From an uncultured Gammaproteobacteria bacterium (GTDB lineage: Bacteria; Pseudomonadota; Gammaproteobacteria; Ga0077554; Ga007554), in contig CAMTYI010000043.1 in the NCBI GenBank assembly GCA_947085925.1, forward strand, positions 1 through 52,399: a DNA stretch of 52,399 nucleotides, given 5' to 3'. The notes below the pieces were generated by a model. That model saw only the letters and a list, made by a program, of their open reading frames with translations. It searched no databases and had not been told where the DNA came from. The position numbers were made by a program, and so were the translations under genes. Positions 1 through 10,258 of the stretch are shown piece after piece. Each line of letters opens with the position of its first letter. Within the stretch, counting starts at the first letter, position 1.

Positions 1-1
1 T

Positions 2-280
2 ATATGTGCTTCAGATCGCACGGTCACCAAGGACGGCGCGCGCGTCGATCTTTCTCCAAAGGAATTCGACTTGGCGTTGCTATTCTTCCGCAACCTGAAT
101 ACCACGCTTTCGCGTGTCAATCTGCTCGACAGCATCTGGGGCTATAACACCCACGTCAATACCCGTACACTCGAAACACACGTCAGCCGATTGCGCAGCA
201 AGCTCGGCCTCGTCCCGGAGAACGGCTGGCGCCTATCCCCCGTTTATCAGCACGGTTACCGCCTGGAAAAAGTAAGCTAA
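2..280 (+). CDS. OmpR/PhoB-family response regulator, C-terminal winged-helix domain (5' end lies outside the window)
   Basis: The frame is open from the window edge. The translation ...DLSPKEFDLALLFFRN...RTLETHVSRLRSKL...HGYRL carries the trans_reg_C signature. Stop TAA at 278-280. Confidence 0.75.
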   Translation: MCASDRTVTKDGARVDLSPKEFDLALLFFRNLNTTLSRVNLLDSIWGYNTHVNTRTLETHVSRLRSKLGLVPENGWRLSPVYQHGYRLEKVS

Positions 281-310
281 CGCTGTGGTAATTCGCATCG
301 CGCTGCCGAC

Positions 311-1201
311 TTATTCATGAGCACAAGTTGCTTGTGAGTCAGGTGGTCGATTTAAGGGCTTGCCTGTAAGCAGTGGGTCGAGATAGGCAATGAGTGCCCT
401 GCGATATTCCACGCGTTTGAAAGCCTCGATATGGCCGCCTCCTGGAGCGACCCAGAGGGTTTTGGGTTCGGCCGCAGCATCGTAGAGCCGTTCACCGTGC
501 GCAAGCGGCACGATGCGATCCCGGTCACCATGGACGAGAAGTAGCGGGATCGGTGAGACGCACGCTACTGACCTCGCCGGGCTGTAATCGTCGTTTACCG
601 TCCATGACAAAGGGTATTGCAAGGGCCATGTCAGCCAGAAGCTTGCCAGTTTTTCGCGGGCAATGTCGCGGTAACTGGAGAAGGCGCTCTCGACGATCAG
701 CGCCTTGATGCGTGAACGGTGGCGGCTGTGTGACACAGTGTAGGTGGCTATTGCCCCGCCCAGACTTTGTCCAAATACGATAAGAGGGGTGTCGCGGGCG
801 CCGGGCATATCCGCCACGGTGTCGAGGGCGCTCTCCGCGTCTGCGTGCAGCCCGTTGATTTCCGGTGTTCCCCGCGATGCTCCATAGCCCCTGTAATCGG
901 GAAGGAAGACATTAAAACCCTCTTTGGGTAGCCAGTGTACGGCGCCGATGTGGGTGCTGATGTTCTCGGCGTTGCCATGAAAAAAGACTACCGTGCCGCG
1001 CGCTGTGCCTTGCGCGGGAAGCCACCAGCCGTGCAGGGGCGTGTTGTCGCGGGAGGTGAAGAATACCTCGCGGTACTGGAGGCCAATTTGATCCGGGGTG
1101 CGCACATGTTGTGACATCGGATGAAAAAACAACCCCGTGCATCCGGCAAGGGGGGTGAGTAGAAGAAAAAATAACGCTCGCCATGTATTCAGAGAAACCA
1201 T
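311..1201 (-). CDS. alpha/beta-fold serine hydrolase, probable lipoprotein
   Basis: 296-aa ORF. Signal peptide with lipobox LAGC, nucleophile elbow GQSLGG, and later HGDRDRIVP and GGGH motifs. The start overlaps the stop of the upstream gene by 13 nt. Confidence 0.8.
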   Translation of the reverse strand: MVSLNTWRALFFLLLTPLAGCTGLFFHPMSQHVRTPDQIGLQYREVFFTSRDNTPLHGWWLPAQGTARGTVVFFHGNAENISTHIGAVHWLPKEGFNVFLPDYRGYGASRGTPEINGLHADAESALDTVADMPGARDTPLIVFGQSLGGAIATYTVSHSRHRSRIKALIVESAFSSYRDIAREKLASFWLTWPLQYPLSWTVNDDYSPARSVACVSPIPLLLVHGDRDRIVPLAHGERLYDAAAEPKTLWVAPGGGHIEAFKRVEYRRALIAYLDPLLTGKPLNRPPDSQATCAHE

Positions 1202-3159
1202 TGCCAGCTCAACACCAAGTGATGATAGCGGTGATCAAAATCGTCAATTGTCGCCCAGCGTAAACGCAAGTCATGCGAAGAGTTTAAGGTGTAGCGCTGC
1301 TCTATCGCCAGTTCCTGTCGGGTATGACGTTCGCCAAGCCCGTAGCGCAACACCCGCCCGCTCGCTTGTAGCTTCCAGCGGGGACTGATGTCAATGAGCG
1401 CGCCCAATCCCAGTCCGCTACCCAGACTATACCCTTGATTCAACGTGTTGTGCAGATCCAGGCCGGCTTCCCAGAGGCCATAGGTAAGCAGCCTCCGGCC
1501 CTTGCTGAAAGTAAGGCCTGCGCCTGCGTTCAGCGTGGCGAGCAAAGGGTCACGGTTGTTTATCCACTTTCGATCCATGCCAAAATTCACTTTCCACGAC
1601 AACGGCCAACCCAACGCCGAAACCGGGCTGAGTGAAACGATGTCCACCGGGATAAAGCGCTGCAACTGCACATCACCGCCGTTATAACGGCGTGCCGCAA
1701 GTTGCAAGAAATTGATTTGTGCTCCACGCACATAACCGTCGTCAGGGTCCAAAAGGTCATGGTAAGCAGGCCGTACATTGATCTCCTGGAAGTTTTGTCC
1801 ATTTTCCCGGCCTGCGGCGAGAGAAATGCGCGCGGTAGCATGTCCTTGATCCGGGCGTACTGCCGGAGTTGGTACCGGCGCCAGACCGGTTTGTGTGGCA
1901 AGCTGGCTGCGCGCGGCTAAAAGGGTATGGCTTGTCTTCGTTTTTGTTTCCTCATTACCGGATTTGGTTTGACGATAATTGGCATATTCATAGCCTAGCT
2001 CCAGGAGCGCGGCTTTTTGTGCAGAGGGCAAGCGATTTAGATACTCGTCATCGGTTGTGATTTTTCCTGTGGCGAGTGCTATTGCTGCTGTTTGTCCGGC
2101 CTCGTCGAGGCTGGCAAGGCCGTTTTCAAGGATTTCGCGCCGCGAAGGCCGGTAGACGGCGTTCTGCACCAAGCCTTTTTGTGCGACAACAGCGCGCACG
2201 GTGTCTGAAGGAATGGCCCACCATCTGAAAGTATCGGTTAAGCGCAGGCCGGGCCGCGCCGTTTCCAATAGCGAAAGAAGATGGTAGGAACAGTTCTCGT
2301 CAAAGAAGAAGTAATCGAACCAGATTCCTCGCAGTTCCCAGGTGTGCCGTAATAGACGATGCACTTCCTCGTTGGTGAGGTTGAGTTGATATTCCCAGAC
2401 ATCACGATTTTCAAGATCGCTGTATTCACGAACTTTCAAGTAATAGGGCAACACCGAAAACAGCCCTGGATAGCCGCCAAACAGCCCTTTGGCCGCAAAT
2501 GCAATGCCATTGTCGTTGCCCGTAATCGCGCCGAAATTCAGCGCATAAGCAAGCAGGCGGGTACGGTCATCCTGTCCGTGCGCATCAATGCGCAACAAGG
2601 TATGACCAAACATCGAGGCCGGACTGTTCATGTAGGCAGTAGGGAAAATCAGCGTTATGCCCGCCGGGTTGAGTGCTTCCAACCACTGGGAATAGCGTGG
2701 GCACACTTGCTCCGCGAGCCGGGCAGCGTCGAAACCTAGTTCCTGCTTCAGCCACTGGTAGCGGGCAACGAAGGCGCATTGCGGATGTTGCGCGTCAGGC
2801 ACTGTTGGCAGTGGATCGAAGAAACGCTCCAGCGTGGCTTCAAGTTCGGCCTGTGGATCATCTTTTCCGCTGGGTGAATTAAAAAACGGGGGTGCGTCAA
2901 CCTGGCTACGAAAACGCCCTGGCAATAACCCTGCCTTGTAATGCAACAAGCGGCGCCACTCATCACGTTCTGCCAGTTGTTTTGCGCGCGCCGAGTTCGT
3001 CAATTCGGCGAGATAGGGTTTATCGTAGGCGTGTGCCGGAAACCCGGCCAGAGTCATTGTGAGAAATAAAGTCAGGCATGTGAATGTGCCTCTGCGGGCA
3101 ACAAATACGGCAAAAATAGCCCCGATTTTTCCATTTGAAGCGCAAGCCGATGGTTTCAT
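1189..3159 (-). CDS. DUF4105-type (Lnb N-terminal periplasmic domain-like) envelope protein with a beta-rich C-terminal half
   Basis: 656-aa ORF with an N-terminal hydrophobic signal-like segment. Motifs MFGHTLLRID and FFFDENCSYHLL resemble DUF4105. The assignment is from memory, not from a search. Confidence 0.55.
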   Translation of the reverse strand: MKPSACASNGKIGAIFAVFVARRGTFTCLTLFLTMTLAGFPAHAYDKPYLAELTNSARAKQLAERDEWRRLLHYKAGLLPGRFRSQVDAPPFFNSPSGKDDPQAELEATLERFFDPLPTVPDAQHPQCAFVARYQWLKQELGFDAARLAEQVCPRYSQWLEALNPAGITLIFPTAYMNSPASMFGHTLLRIDAHGQDDRTRLLAYALNFGAITGNDNGIAFAAKGLFGGYPGLFSVLPYYLKVREYSDLENRDVWEYQLNLTNEEVHRLLRHTWELRGIWFDYFFFDENCSYHLLSLLETARPGLRLTDTFRWWAIPSDTVRAVVAQKGLVQNAVYRPSRREILENGLASLDEAGQTAAIALATGKITTDDEYLNRLPSAQKAALLELGYEYANYRQTKSGNEETKTKTSHTLLAARSQLATQTGLAPVPTPAVRPDQGHATARISLAAGRENGQNFQEINVRPAYHDLLDPDDGYVRGAQINFLQLAARRYNGGDVQLQRFIPVDIVSLSPVSALGWPLSWKVNFGMDRKWINNRDPLLATLNAGAGLTFSKGRRLLTYGLWEAGLDLHNTLNQGYSLGSGLGLGALIDISPRWKLQASGRVLRYGLGERHTRQELAIEQRYTLNSSHDLRLRWATIDDFDHRYHHLVLSWQWFL

Positions 3160-3232
3160 GACGGGGAGGATTTCTTAAAGAAAAGTCTGATGCGCAGACT
3201 GCAAGGCAGGGAGGGGCGTTTTCGTGCGGGTC

Positions 3233-3273
3233 AAAAAAACAACCTTGGCGCGCTTCCACGCACCAAGGTTGTT
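3233..3273 (-). terminator. Rho-independent terminator downstream of the DUF3015 gene
   Basis: On the minus strand a 15-bp stem (AACAACCTTGGTGCG / CGCGCCAAGGTTGTT, one mismatch) with a 6-nt loop runs into a T7 tract, 15 nt after the stop codon. Confidence 0.75.
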
Positions 3274-3287
3274 GCAGGGATCAAGCT

Positions 3288-3791
3288 TTAGATCTTCGCC
3301 GAATACTGGGCGAGAACCGCATCTGCGCTGACCACTTCTTTCAGCGAGGCGCGTATTTCAGCGGCGCTCACTTCCGTGGAGGGGAAGATGCGTGCGAAAT
3401 TGGCCTGGGAAACGCGGGAAAAGTCCGCTTTATGTTTTGCGTCGATACCGATCAGGGCAGCGAGAGCGTCAAGGCTTTCACCCTGGCCGGCGGAGATGGC
3501 CTTGGCCAAGGCTTCTTTGTTGCCATCAATGAACATGGCGGTCTTCCAGGTCGAGCTTACGGTGCCATCCTGTGTGCAACCGGAAGTACCGGAAGTGATG
3601 CCGAAGGTCTGGTTGCCGGAAGTACCATTTGTGGTGACGGCCAACACCTGTTGGAAGATGCCGCTTTGTCCTTCGAACAGCTTGGAACCCCATCCGCAAC
3701 TGCCGATGTTGTTTTCCCCGGCGGCCATGGCGAAGCCAGGGGCTGCGGTGACAATGGAGGCGGCGAACAGCAATCCTAGTGTACGTTTCAT
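3288..3791 (-). CDS. DUF3015-like small secreted protein
   Basis: I chose the internal ATG at 3789-3791 because GGAGA lies 8 nt upstream. MKRTLGLLFAASIVTAAPGFAMA is a signal peptide, followed by the GSCGWGSKLFEG motif. Confidence 0.65.
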   Translation of the reverse strand: MKRTLGLLFAASIVTAAPGFAMAAGENNIGSCGWGSKLFEGQSGIFQQVLAVTTNGTSGNQTFGITSGTSGCTQDGTVSSTWKTAMFIDGNKEALAKAISAGQGESLDALAALIGIDAKHKADFSRVSQANFARIFPSTEVSAAEIRASLKEVVSADAVLAQYSAKI

Positions 3792-4065
3792 TAGATATTC
3801 TCCTGATGATTTGTGGTAGTACTCAAAGTGTCTGGTGTAACTCCCTTTATACGGAGCCGCCAAAAATCCCGACTTTTCAGTTATAGCAATCCCCGCCTGT
3901 ATTCGTCAAGCGTTGTTTCCAATCAATTCTCGTGGCGTCGGGCCACGGATTTTGGGCAGTCAAACAGAATTACCTCTCGTATGTTGAGGGAAAAGATGGA
4001 GGTCGCTCTGGGGGTTAGGGGTGGTATAGGCATACAACGCATGTTTTTTATCCTCCGCACATACG

Positions 4066-4071
4066 TATAAT
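4066..4071 (+). promoter_or_regulatory. candidate -10 box (TATAAT) for bcp
   Basis: A perfect TATAAT lies 30 nt upstream of the bcp ATG. The -35 region is poor (T-rich). Confidence 0.3.
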
Positions 4072-4100
4072 GAGAAGCTTCACTTCAAGGAGATTACATC

Positions 4101-4568
4101 ATGAGCGATATCGCTGTAGGCCAACCTGTGCCGGATTTCGAGCTGCCTGCCACCGGTAACAAAATCATCAGTCTTTCCGGGATCAAGGGCAAAAATGTGG
4201 TGCTGTATTTTTATCCCAAGGACAACACGCCCGGATGTACTCGTGAGGGGCAGGATTTTCGCGATCATTACAATGAATTTGGTGCGTTCGATACCGTCAT
4301 TCTTGGTGTGTCCCGTGACAGCCTGGATTCCCATGAAAAATTCAAAACCGAGCAGAATTTTCAATTCGATCTGCTTGCCGACAAGGATGAGTTGCTCTGC
4401 AAGCTGTTTGATGTCATCAAACTGAAAAATATGTATGGCAAAGAGTCCATGGGTGTGGAGCGCAGCACGTTTCTGATTGACAAGAACGGCATCCTGCGCC
4501 GGGAGTGGCGCAAGGTGAAGGTCGAAGGCCACATTGAAGAAATCTTGCAAGCGCTTTCTGCGTTGTAG
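4101..4568 (+). CDS. bcp: thiol peroxidase / peroxiredoxin Bcp
   Basis: 155 aa. YFYPKDNTPGCTREG is the peroxidatic Cys motif. AAGGAG RBS upstream. Confidence 0.9.
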   Translation: MSDIAVGQPVPDFELPATGNKIISLSGIKGKNVVLYFYPKDNTPGCTREGQDFRDHYNEFGAFDTVILGVSRDSLDSHEKFKTEQNFQFDLLADKDELLCKLFDVIKLKNMYGKESMGVERSTFLIDKNGILRREWRKVKVEGHIEEILQALSAL

Positions 4569-4641
4569 GGGGATGCAACAGAACCTTTTCGTATTTGCGC
4601 ACACTAATTTCAACTACTCGGCCTTGCGAAGGATTTAAAAA

Positions 4642-5730
4642 ATGAAAGAAAGCGGCACGCTGGTCGCAGGGTTATGTTTGGTTGTTGTTCTTGCCGGGTG
4701 CGGCAAAAAGGCTGAAGAAGAAAAATCGGGCAAGCGGCCAATGGGAACCCTCATTACCGTGACCGAGGCAAAAAGCCAGGCAGTGCAGCATGTTCAGGAA
4801 TCAATAGGCTGGATCGAGAGCGAGACGTTGCCCCTGGTGGCTGCCGAGATGGCGGCGCGTGTGGTGCGGCTTGGGGCGGATGTGGGGCAGACGGTGGGCA
4901 AGGGTCAGTTGCTTGCCGAGCTGGATGGCAAGGATGCTCATATTGCACGCGAGGCGGTGCAGGCGGATATGCAACGCATCCAGGCATCGCTTGGCAACCA
5001 GGAGCGTCTGGTGCAGCGTTATGAAAAGCTGGTGCAGGACAAATTTGTTTCCGCTACGCAACTGGATGACGCCAAAGCACAGCTTGCCGTGCTGCGTGAG
5101 CAACTGGCAGGCGCACGGGCGCAGTTGAAGGGTGCCGAAAGTAATATTGCCAAGGCGCGGATTCTTGCCCCGGTGGCAGGGCAGGTGGAGCAGCGCATGG
5201 TTTCCGTGGGGGACTTTGTGGTTATCGGCAAGCCACTGTTCCAGATCACCTCCCAGCAGACTTTGCGGGTGCATTTGCCCTTTCCCGAGGATATGGCGCC
5301 GTCGTTGCGTCCGGGTGGTGTAGTGCGCCTTACCACAGCCACAGCGCCGGGCAAACCGGTTGACAGCCGTATCAAGGAAATCCGCCCGGCGGTGGACGCC
5401 AAGAGCCATTCCGTAGAGGCGATTGTGGAGATTGCCAATCCCGGCGGCTGGAAGCCGGGCGGTAGCGTCAACGGTGTGCTGGTGGTAGCAGAGCATGGTC
5501 AGGCCGTCACCGTACCGGAGCAAAGTGTGGTCATGCGCCCCGCTGGTGAGGTGGTATACACGATCAAGGATGGCAAGGCCGTGCAACAGGTGGTGAAGAC
5601 GGGCTACCGCTCGAATGGCAATGTTGAAATCATTGAAGGCCTCGCGGCGGGTGCCGTGGTGGCGCTGGATGGCGCGGCGTTTCTCACCGACAAGGCCAAA
5701 GTCAATATCAAAAAAGACGAAAAGAAATGA
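4642..5730 (+). CDS. RND efflux periplasmic adaptor (membrane fusion protein), lipoprotein
   Basis: 362 aa. Lipobox LAGC, coiled-coil hairpin region, beta-barrel C-terminus. ATGA overlap with the downstream RND pump gene. Confidence 0.85.
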   Translation: MKESGTLVAGLCLVVVLAGCGKKAEEEKSGKRPMGTLITVTEAKSQAVQHVQESIGWIESETLPLVAAEMAARVVRLGADVGQTVGKGQLLAELDGKDAHIAREAVQADMQRIQASLGNQERLVQRYEKLVQDKFVSATQLDDAKAQLAVLREQLAGARAQLKGAESNIAKARILAPVAGQVEQRMVSVGDFVVIGKPLFQITSQQTLRVHLPFPEDMAPSLRPGGVVRLTTATAPGKPVDSRIKEIRPAVDAKSHSVEAIVEIANPGGWKPGGSVNGVLVVAEHGQAVTVPEQSVVMRPAGEVVYTIKDGKAVQQVVKTGYRSNGNVEIIEGLAAGAVVALDGAAFLTDKAKVNIKKDEKK

Positions 5731-8700
5731 GTCTGCCTGCGCTGTCCATTAAGCGCCACGTGCTGGCGTACATGCTGTCTGCCGTGCTGGTGCTGCTTGG
5801 TGTGATCAGTTATGAGCGGCTGGGCGTCGACCGTTTCCCCCATGTCGAGTTTCCCGTGCTGACGGTGACCACCGTGCTGCGCGGCGCCAACCCCGAGATC
5901 ATCGACTCCAGTGTCACCAATGTCATCGAGTCGCAGGTCAACACCGTGCCCGGCATCGATCACATCCAGTCCGCGTCTTCGCCTGGCGTGTCGGTGGTTA
6001 CCATTACCTTCGATCTGGAAAAGGAAATCAATGTCGCCTTTGACGAGGTGCAGACCAAGGTCAATCAGGTTTTACGGCAACTGCCTAACGATGTCGAAGC
6101 ACCCATCGTATCCAAGGTGGAAACCAACGCGCAGCCTGTCATGTGGCTGGCCTTGCAAGGCGACCGCACCCTGCAACAACTCAATCAATATGCCCGCAGT
6201 GTCATCAAGAAAAGACTTGAGACCATCGACGGTGTGGGCGAGGTGCGTCTGGGCGGCAAACGTGACCGCAATATCCGCGTAAACATCAAGCCGGATCGCA
6301 TGGCGGCGTTGGGTGTGACCACCAAAGACATCGTTGACGCTTTCAACGAGGAGCATGTGCAGGTCCCCGGCGGTTTTCTGGTGGGGAGCACAACCGAGAG
6401 TCTGATCAAGCTTGATCTCGAATTCCACTCGATAAAAGATTTGCAGCGCATGATAGTCGCTTATCGCGACAAGGCGCCGATCCGATTGCAGGATGTGGCG
6501 CTGATCGAAGACGGCATGGAAGATTACCGGCAACTGGCGCATTTCAACGGCAAGCCGTCGGTAGGTCTGGGCATCGTCAAGATCGCCAACACCAATACGG
6601 TCGCAATTATCGACGAGGTGAAAAAACGGCTTGAGACAGAGATTATCCCGCAATTGCCGGCAGGTATGACCATCACGGTGTCCTCCGATGATTCCCGGTT
6701 TATTCTGGAGATGGTCAAGACGCTCAAGGAACATCTGCTGCTGGGCACCTTGCTGGCGGCGCTCATTGTCTGGCTTTTTTTGAAGAGCGTGCGCTCCACG
6801 CTGATCATTACAGTCGCGATACCCGTGTCGCTGATGGGCGCGGTGGCGGCGATTTATTTTTCCGGTTTTACCTTTAATTCGATGACGCTGCTGGCGATGC
6901 TGTTGCTGGTTGGCGTGGTCGTGGACGACGCTATCGTGGTGTTGGAAAACATCTTTCGCCACCGTGAGCAGGGCAATGCCGATCCGGTCGGCGCCGCCAT
7001 CGACGGCTCGCGCCAGGTGCAGTTCGCGGTTTTGGCTTCCTCGCTCACCCTGGTGTCGATTTTTGCGCCGGTAATCTTCATGGGCGGCATCATCGGGCGC
7101 TTTTTCGAATCTTTTGCGGTGGTGGTGACCATCGGTGTAGTGGTGTCGCTGTTTGTTTCACTGACACTCACCCCGATGCTGTGTTCGCGCTATCTCAAAG
7201 TGGCGCAACAGCACGGCATCGTTTATCGCACGCTGGAAGCAGCGTTTGCGGGGCTGGATAAAATCTACCGGCGGTTGCTGGATCTTGCACTGAGATTCCG
7301 CTGGAGCGTGATATTTGCAACGCTGATTATCGTGGCCTCCAGCGCCTGGTTTTTTGCCAACGTAGGCAAAGGATTTGTGCCTGAAGAAGACGAAGGGCGC
7401 TTCATGGTGTTCATCAAAACACCGCTGGGCGCGAACATCGACTACACCAACAGCCGACTCGAAAAAATTGAAAAGGTGTTAGGCAGTCACAAGGAAATCG
7501 TCACCTACTTCACCGCCATTGGCTTGGGTCAGGCAGGGCAGGCCAACCAGGGCATCGCCTTTGTGCGGATGCTGCCGCGCGGGGAGCGCACGCTCAAGCA
7601 ATCCGAGGTGATCGACGCGGTGCGCAAGGAATTGATGCAAATCCCCGGCGTGCGCGCCTTCGCCTCAGGTGTGCCGCCCATCGGCGGGATGCGCGGCGAA
7701 CCCTTGCAGTTTGTAGTGACGGGCCCCAATCTGCAAGAGGTCGGCAGGTTGACCACTGCCATGCAGGACAAGCTCTCCGCCATGCAGGAACTGGGGCGGC
7801 TGGATGTGGATTTGCAGCTTGATTTGCCGCAAATCGAGATGAAACTGGACCGCGCCCGCGCCGCTGACCTTGGGTTGAACTCCAAGGACGTTGCGCAGGC
7901 GGTGAATGTGATGGCAGGCGGCATGGACGTTGCCCGCTACAACGATGTGCCCGGTGATGGCGAGCGTTACGACATCCGTCTCAAGGGTGTCGAAAGCGGT
8001 TTCAGGCAGATCGCGGATTTCAGCAAGATCTATCTGCGCAACCAGGATGGCAAAATGGTGCGCCTGGACACGGTTGCCAAGTTCAATCAGGCACTGGGTC
8101 CGGCGATTATCAGCCGCTATGACATGCAGTACGCCGCGAATTTTGCCGGTTCACCCAGCATCCCCTTGGGCGAGGCCGTGAACAAGGTCAAGGATACTGC
8201 GGCGGAAATCCTGCCTGCCGGTTACACCATCAAATTCACCGGGCAGGCCGAACAGTTCAGCAAAACCGTGGGTTACGCGGTCTTTGCTTTCATACTGGCC
8301 CTGGTGCTGGTGTACATGGTGCTCGCCAGTCAGTTCAACTCGTTCATCCAGCCACTCACCATCATGCTGGCGCAACCACTGGCGATTATCGGCGGCGTTG
8401 CCGCGCTATGGTTGATGGGGCATACGTTGAATATCTACTCGATGATCGGCCTGATTCTTTTGATCGGTCTTGTGGCGAAGAATTCGATACTGCTGGTGGA
8501 TATGACCAATCAAGTACGCGGGGAAGGGAAGGATGTGGACACCGCACTCAGGGAAGCCTGTCCCATCCGCATGCGCCCAGTGCTGATGACCTCGGCAACC
8601 ATCATCCTGGCACTGCTGCCCGCCGCGCTGGGACTCGGTGCCGGCTCTGACACCAACGGCCCACTCGCCGTGGCCGTGATCGGCGGCATGATCAGCTCCA

Positions 8701-8789
8701 CGCTGTTGACGCTGGTAGTGGTGCCGTCGGTGTATTCGCTGGTGGAGAATGCCATGGTGCGTTGGCAGATGAAGCGGCAGGCGGTATGA
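5727..8789 (+). CDS. RND family efflux permease (AcrB/HAE-type)
   Basis: 1020 aa with 12-TM RND architecture and a duplicated TM/periplasmic-loop arrangement. No outer-membrane factor gene is adjacent. Confidence 0.9.
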   Translation: MSLPALSIKRHVLAYMLSAVLVLLGVISYERLGVDRFPHVEFPVLTVTTVLRGANPEIIDSSVTNVIESQVNTVPGIDHIQSASSPGVSVVTITFDLEKEINVAFDEVQTKVNQVLRQLPNDVEAPIVSKVETNAQPVMWLALQGDRTLQQLNQYARSVIKKRLETIDGVGEVRLGGKRDRNIRVNIKPDRMAALGVTTKDIVDAFNEEHVQVPGGFLVGSTTESLIKLDLEFHSIKDLQRMIVAYRDKAPIRLQDVALIEDGMEDYRQLAHFNGKPSVGLGIVKIANTNTVAIIDEVKKRLETEIIPQLPAGMTITVSSDDSRFILEMVKTLKEHLLLGTLLAALIVWLFLKSVRSTLIITVAIPVSLMGAVAAIYFSGFTFNSMTLLAMLLLVGVVVDDAIVVLENIFRHREQGNADPVGAAIDGSRQVQFAVLASSLTLVSIFAPVIFMGGIIGRFFESFAVVVTIGVVVSLFVSLTLTPMLCSRYLKVAQQHGIVYRTLEAAFAGLDKIYRRLLDLALRFRWSVIFATLIIVASSAWFFANVGKGFVPEEDEGRFMVFIKTPLGANIDYTNSRLEKIEKVLGSHKEIVTYFTAIGLGQAGQANQGIAFVRMLPRGERTLKQSEVIDAVRKELMQIPGVRAFASGVPPIGGMRGEPLQFVVTGPNLQEVGRLTTAMQDKLSAMQELGRLDVDLQLDLPQIEMKLDRARAADLGLNSKDVAQAVNVMAGGMDVARYNDVPGDGERYDIRLKGVESGFRQIADFSKIYLRNQDGKMVRLDTVAKFNQALGPAIISRYDMQYAANFAGSPSIPLGEAVNKVKDTAAEILPAGYTIKFTGQAEQFSKTVGYAVFAFILALVLVYMVLASQFNSFIQPLTIMLAQPLAIIGGVAALWLMGHTLNIYSMIGLILLIGLVAKNSILLVDMTNQVRGEGKDVDTALREACPIRMRPVLMTSATIILALLPAALGLGAGSDTNGPLAVAVIGGMISSTLLTLVVVPSVYSLVENAMVRWQMKRQAV

Positions 8790-8805
8790 TCAATAAACTC
8801 CGCGT

Positions 8806-9585
8806 ATGCGAATCGCGCTAGGCATTGAATACGACGGCTCGGCCTTTTCGGGCTGGCAGCTTCAGGACGACGCGCGCACTGTGCAGGGCTGTGTCGAGGT
8901 TGCGCTGTCCAAGGTTGCCGATCACCCGGTGCGCGTAGCGTGCGCCGGCCGTACCGATGCGGGTGTGCATGGCATCGGGCAGGTTGTGCATTTTGACGCG
9001 GAGGCTACACGCAGCATGCGTTCCTGGGTGTGCGGTGCCAATGCCAATCTGCCTAAACAAATCAGTGTCACCTGGGCGCAGCAGGTGGCGGGTGACTTTC
9101 ACGCACGCTTCTGCGCCATGCGGCGGCGTTACCGTTATGTGATTCTCACCCGCTCGGTGCGCCCTACGTTCCTCGCCGGTCGGGTGTCCTGGGACTATCG
9201 CCCTATGGATGAGCGACGCATGGCCGAGGCGGGCGCGTACCTGATCGGCGAACACGATTTTTCCTCTTACCGTGCGCTCGCCTGTCAGGCCAAAAGCCCG
9301 GTGCGCACGGTGTATCGCCTCGACGTAACGCGGCAGGGCGAGCTGATCTTCATCGACATCGAAGCCAATGCCTTTTTGCACCACATGGTGCGCAATATCG
9401 CGGGTGTCCTGATGGCGATTGGCGCGGGCGAGCGCGAGCCAGCATGGGCGCGCGAGGTGCTGGAAATGCGTGACCGTACTTTGGGTGGTGTCACCGCCCC
9501 GCCGCATGGGCTATACCTGATGGAAGTGGGTTATCCCGAACAGTTTGGTATTCCGCGACTTTCGCCGACATCCATGGTCTGGTAA
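8806..9585 (+). CDS. truA: tRNA pseudouridine(38-40) synthase TruA
   Basis: 259 aa. [18 protein letters not shown] and the catalytic GRTDAGVHG motif. Confidence 0.9.
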   Translation: MRIALGIEYDGSAFSGWQLQDDARTVQGCVEVALSKVADHPVRVACAGRTDAGVHGIGQVVHFDAEATRSMRSWVCGANANLPKQISVTWAQQVAGDFHARFCAMRRRYRYVILTRSVRPTFLAGRVSWDYRPMDERRMAEAGAYLIGEHDFSSYRALACQAKSPVRTVYRLDVTRQGELIFIDIEANAFLHHMVRNIAGVLMAIGAGEREPAWAREVLEMRDRTLGGVTAPPHGLYLMEVGYPEQFGIPRLSPTSMVW

Positions 9586-9598
9586 CCTAACTGCCTTT

Positions 9599-10258
9599 AT
9601 GAATCAGCCGCTTTTTACTCAAAATCCCGCCCGTGTGCGTGTTAAAATCTGCGGGATTACCCGTTGCGAGGACGCTCTCGCCGCCATCCGGCTGGGCGCG
9701 GATGCTATCGGCCTGGTGTTTTATGCGCACAGTCCGCGTGCAGTCGTGGTCGCGCAGGCCCGGGAGATTGTCCACATACTGCCGCCGTTTGTAACCGTGG
9801 TTGGACTGTTTGTGGACGCGCCGCCGGAGGAGATTCGATCTGTGCTGGATGGTGTGCGTATCGACCTGTTGCAGTTCCACGGCGATGAGACTCCGGGCGA
9901 TTGCAGTGGATACGGCAAGCCTTATATCAAGGCGGTGCGCATGCGGGAGGGCGTGGACGTGGCGGAAATCGCCCGTTGTTATGCGGACGCGGGTGGTTTG
10001 TTGCTGGACAGCTACCGCGCGGGCGTGGCAGGTGGCACGGGGGAGACGTTTGACTGGGCGCGTGTGCCCCCTGATGTGGATAAACCGATTATTCTGGCCG
10101 GCGGACTCACGCCGGAAAATGTGGCTGATGCGATTGTTCAGGTCCGTCCTTATGCGGTGGACGTGAGCGGCGGGGTGGAATCAGCGAAAGGTATCAAGGA
10201 TGCGGGAAAGATTGCCGCATTCATGCGAGGTGTAAAGAGTGTCAGCGAAAGAAATTAA
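9599..10258 (+). CDS. trpF: phosphoribosylanthranilate isomerase
   Basis: I chose the internal ATG at 9599 to avoid overlapping truA. VKICGIT motif. Sits directly upstream of trpB-trpA. Confidence 0.85.
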   Translation: MNQPLFTQNPARVRVKICGITRCEDALAAIRLGADAIGLVFYAHSPRAVVVAQAREIVHILPPFVTVVGLFVDAPPEEIRSVLDGVRIDLLQFHGDETPGDCSGYGKPYIKAVRMREGVDVAEIARCYADAGGLLLDSYRAGVAGGTGETFDWARVPPDVDKPIILAGGLTPENVADAIVQVRPYAVDVSGGVESAKGIKDAGKIAAFMRGVKSVSERN

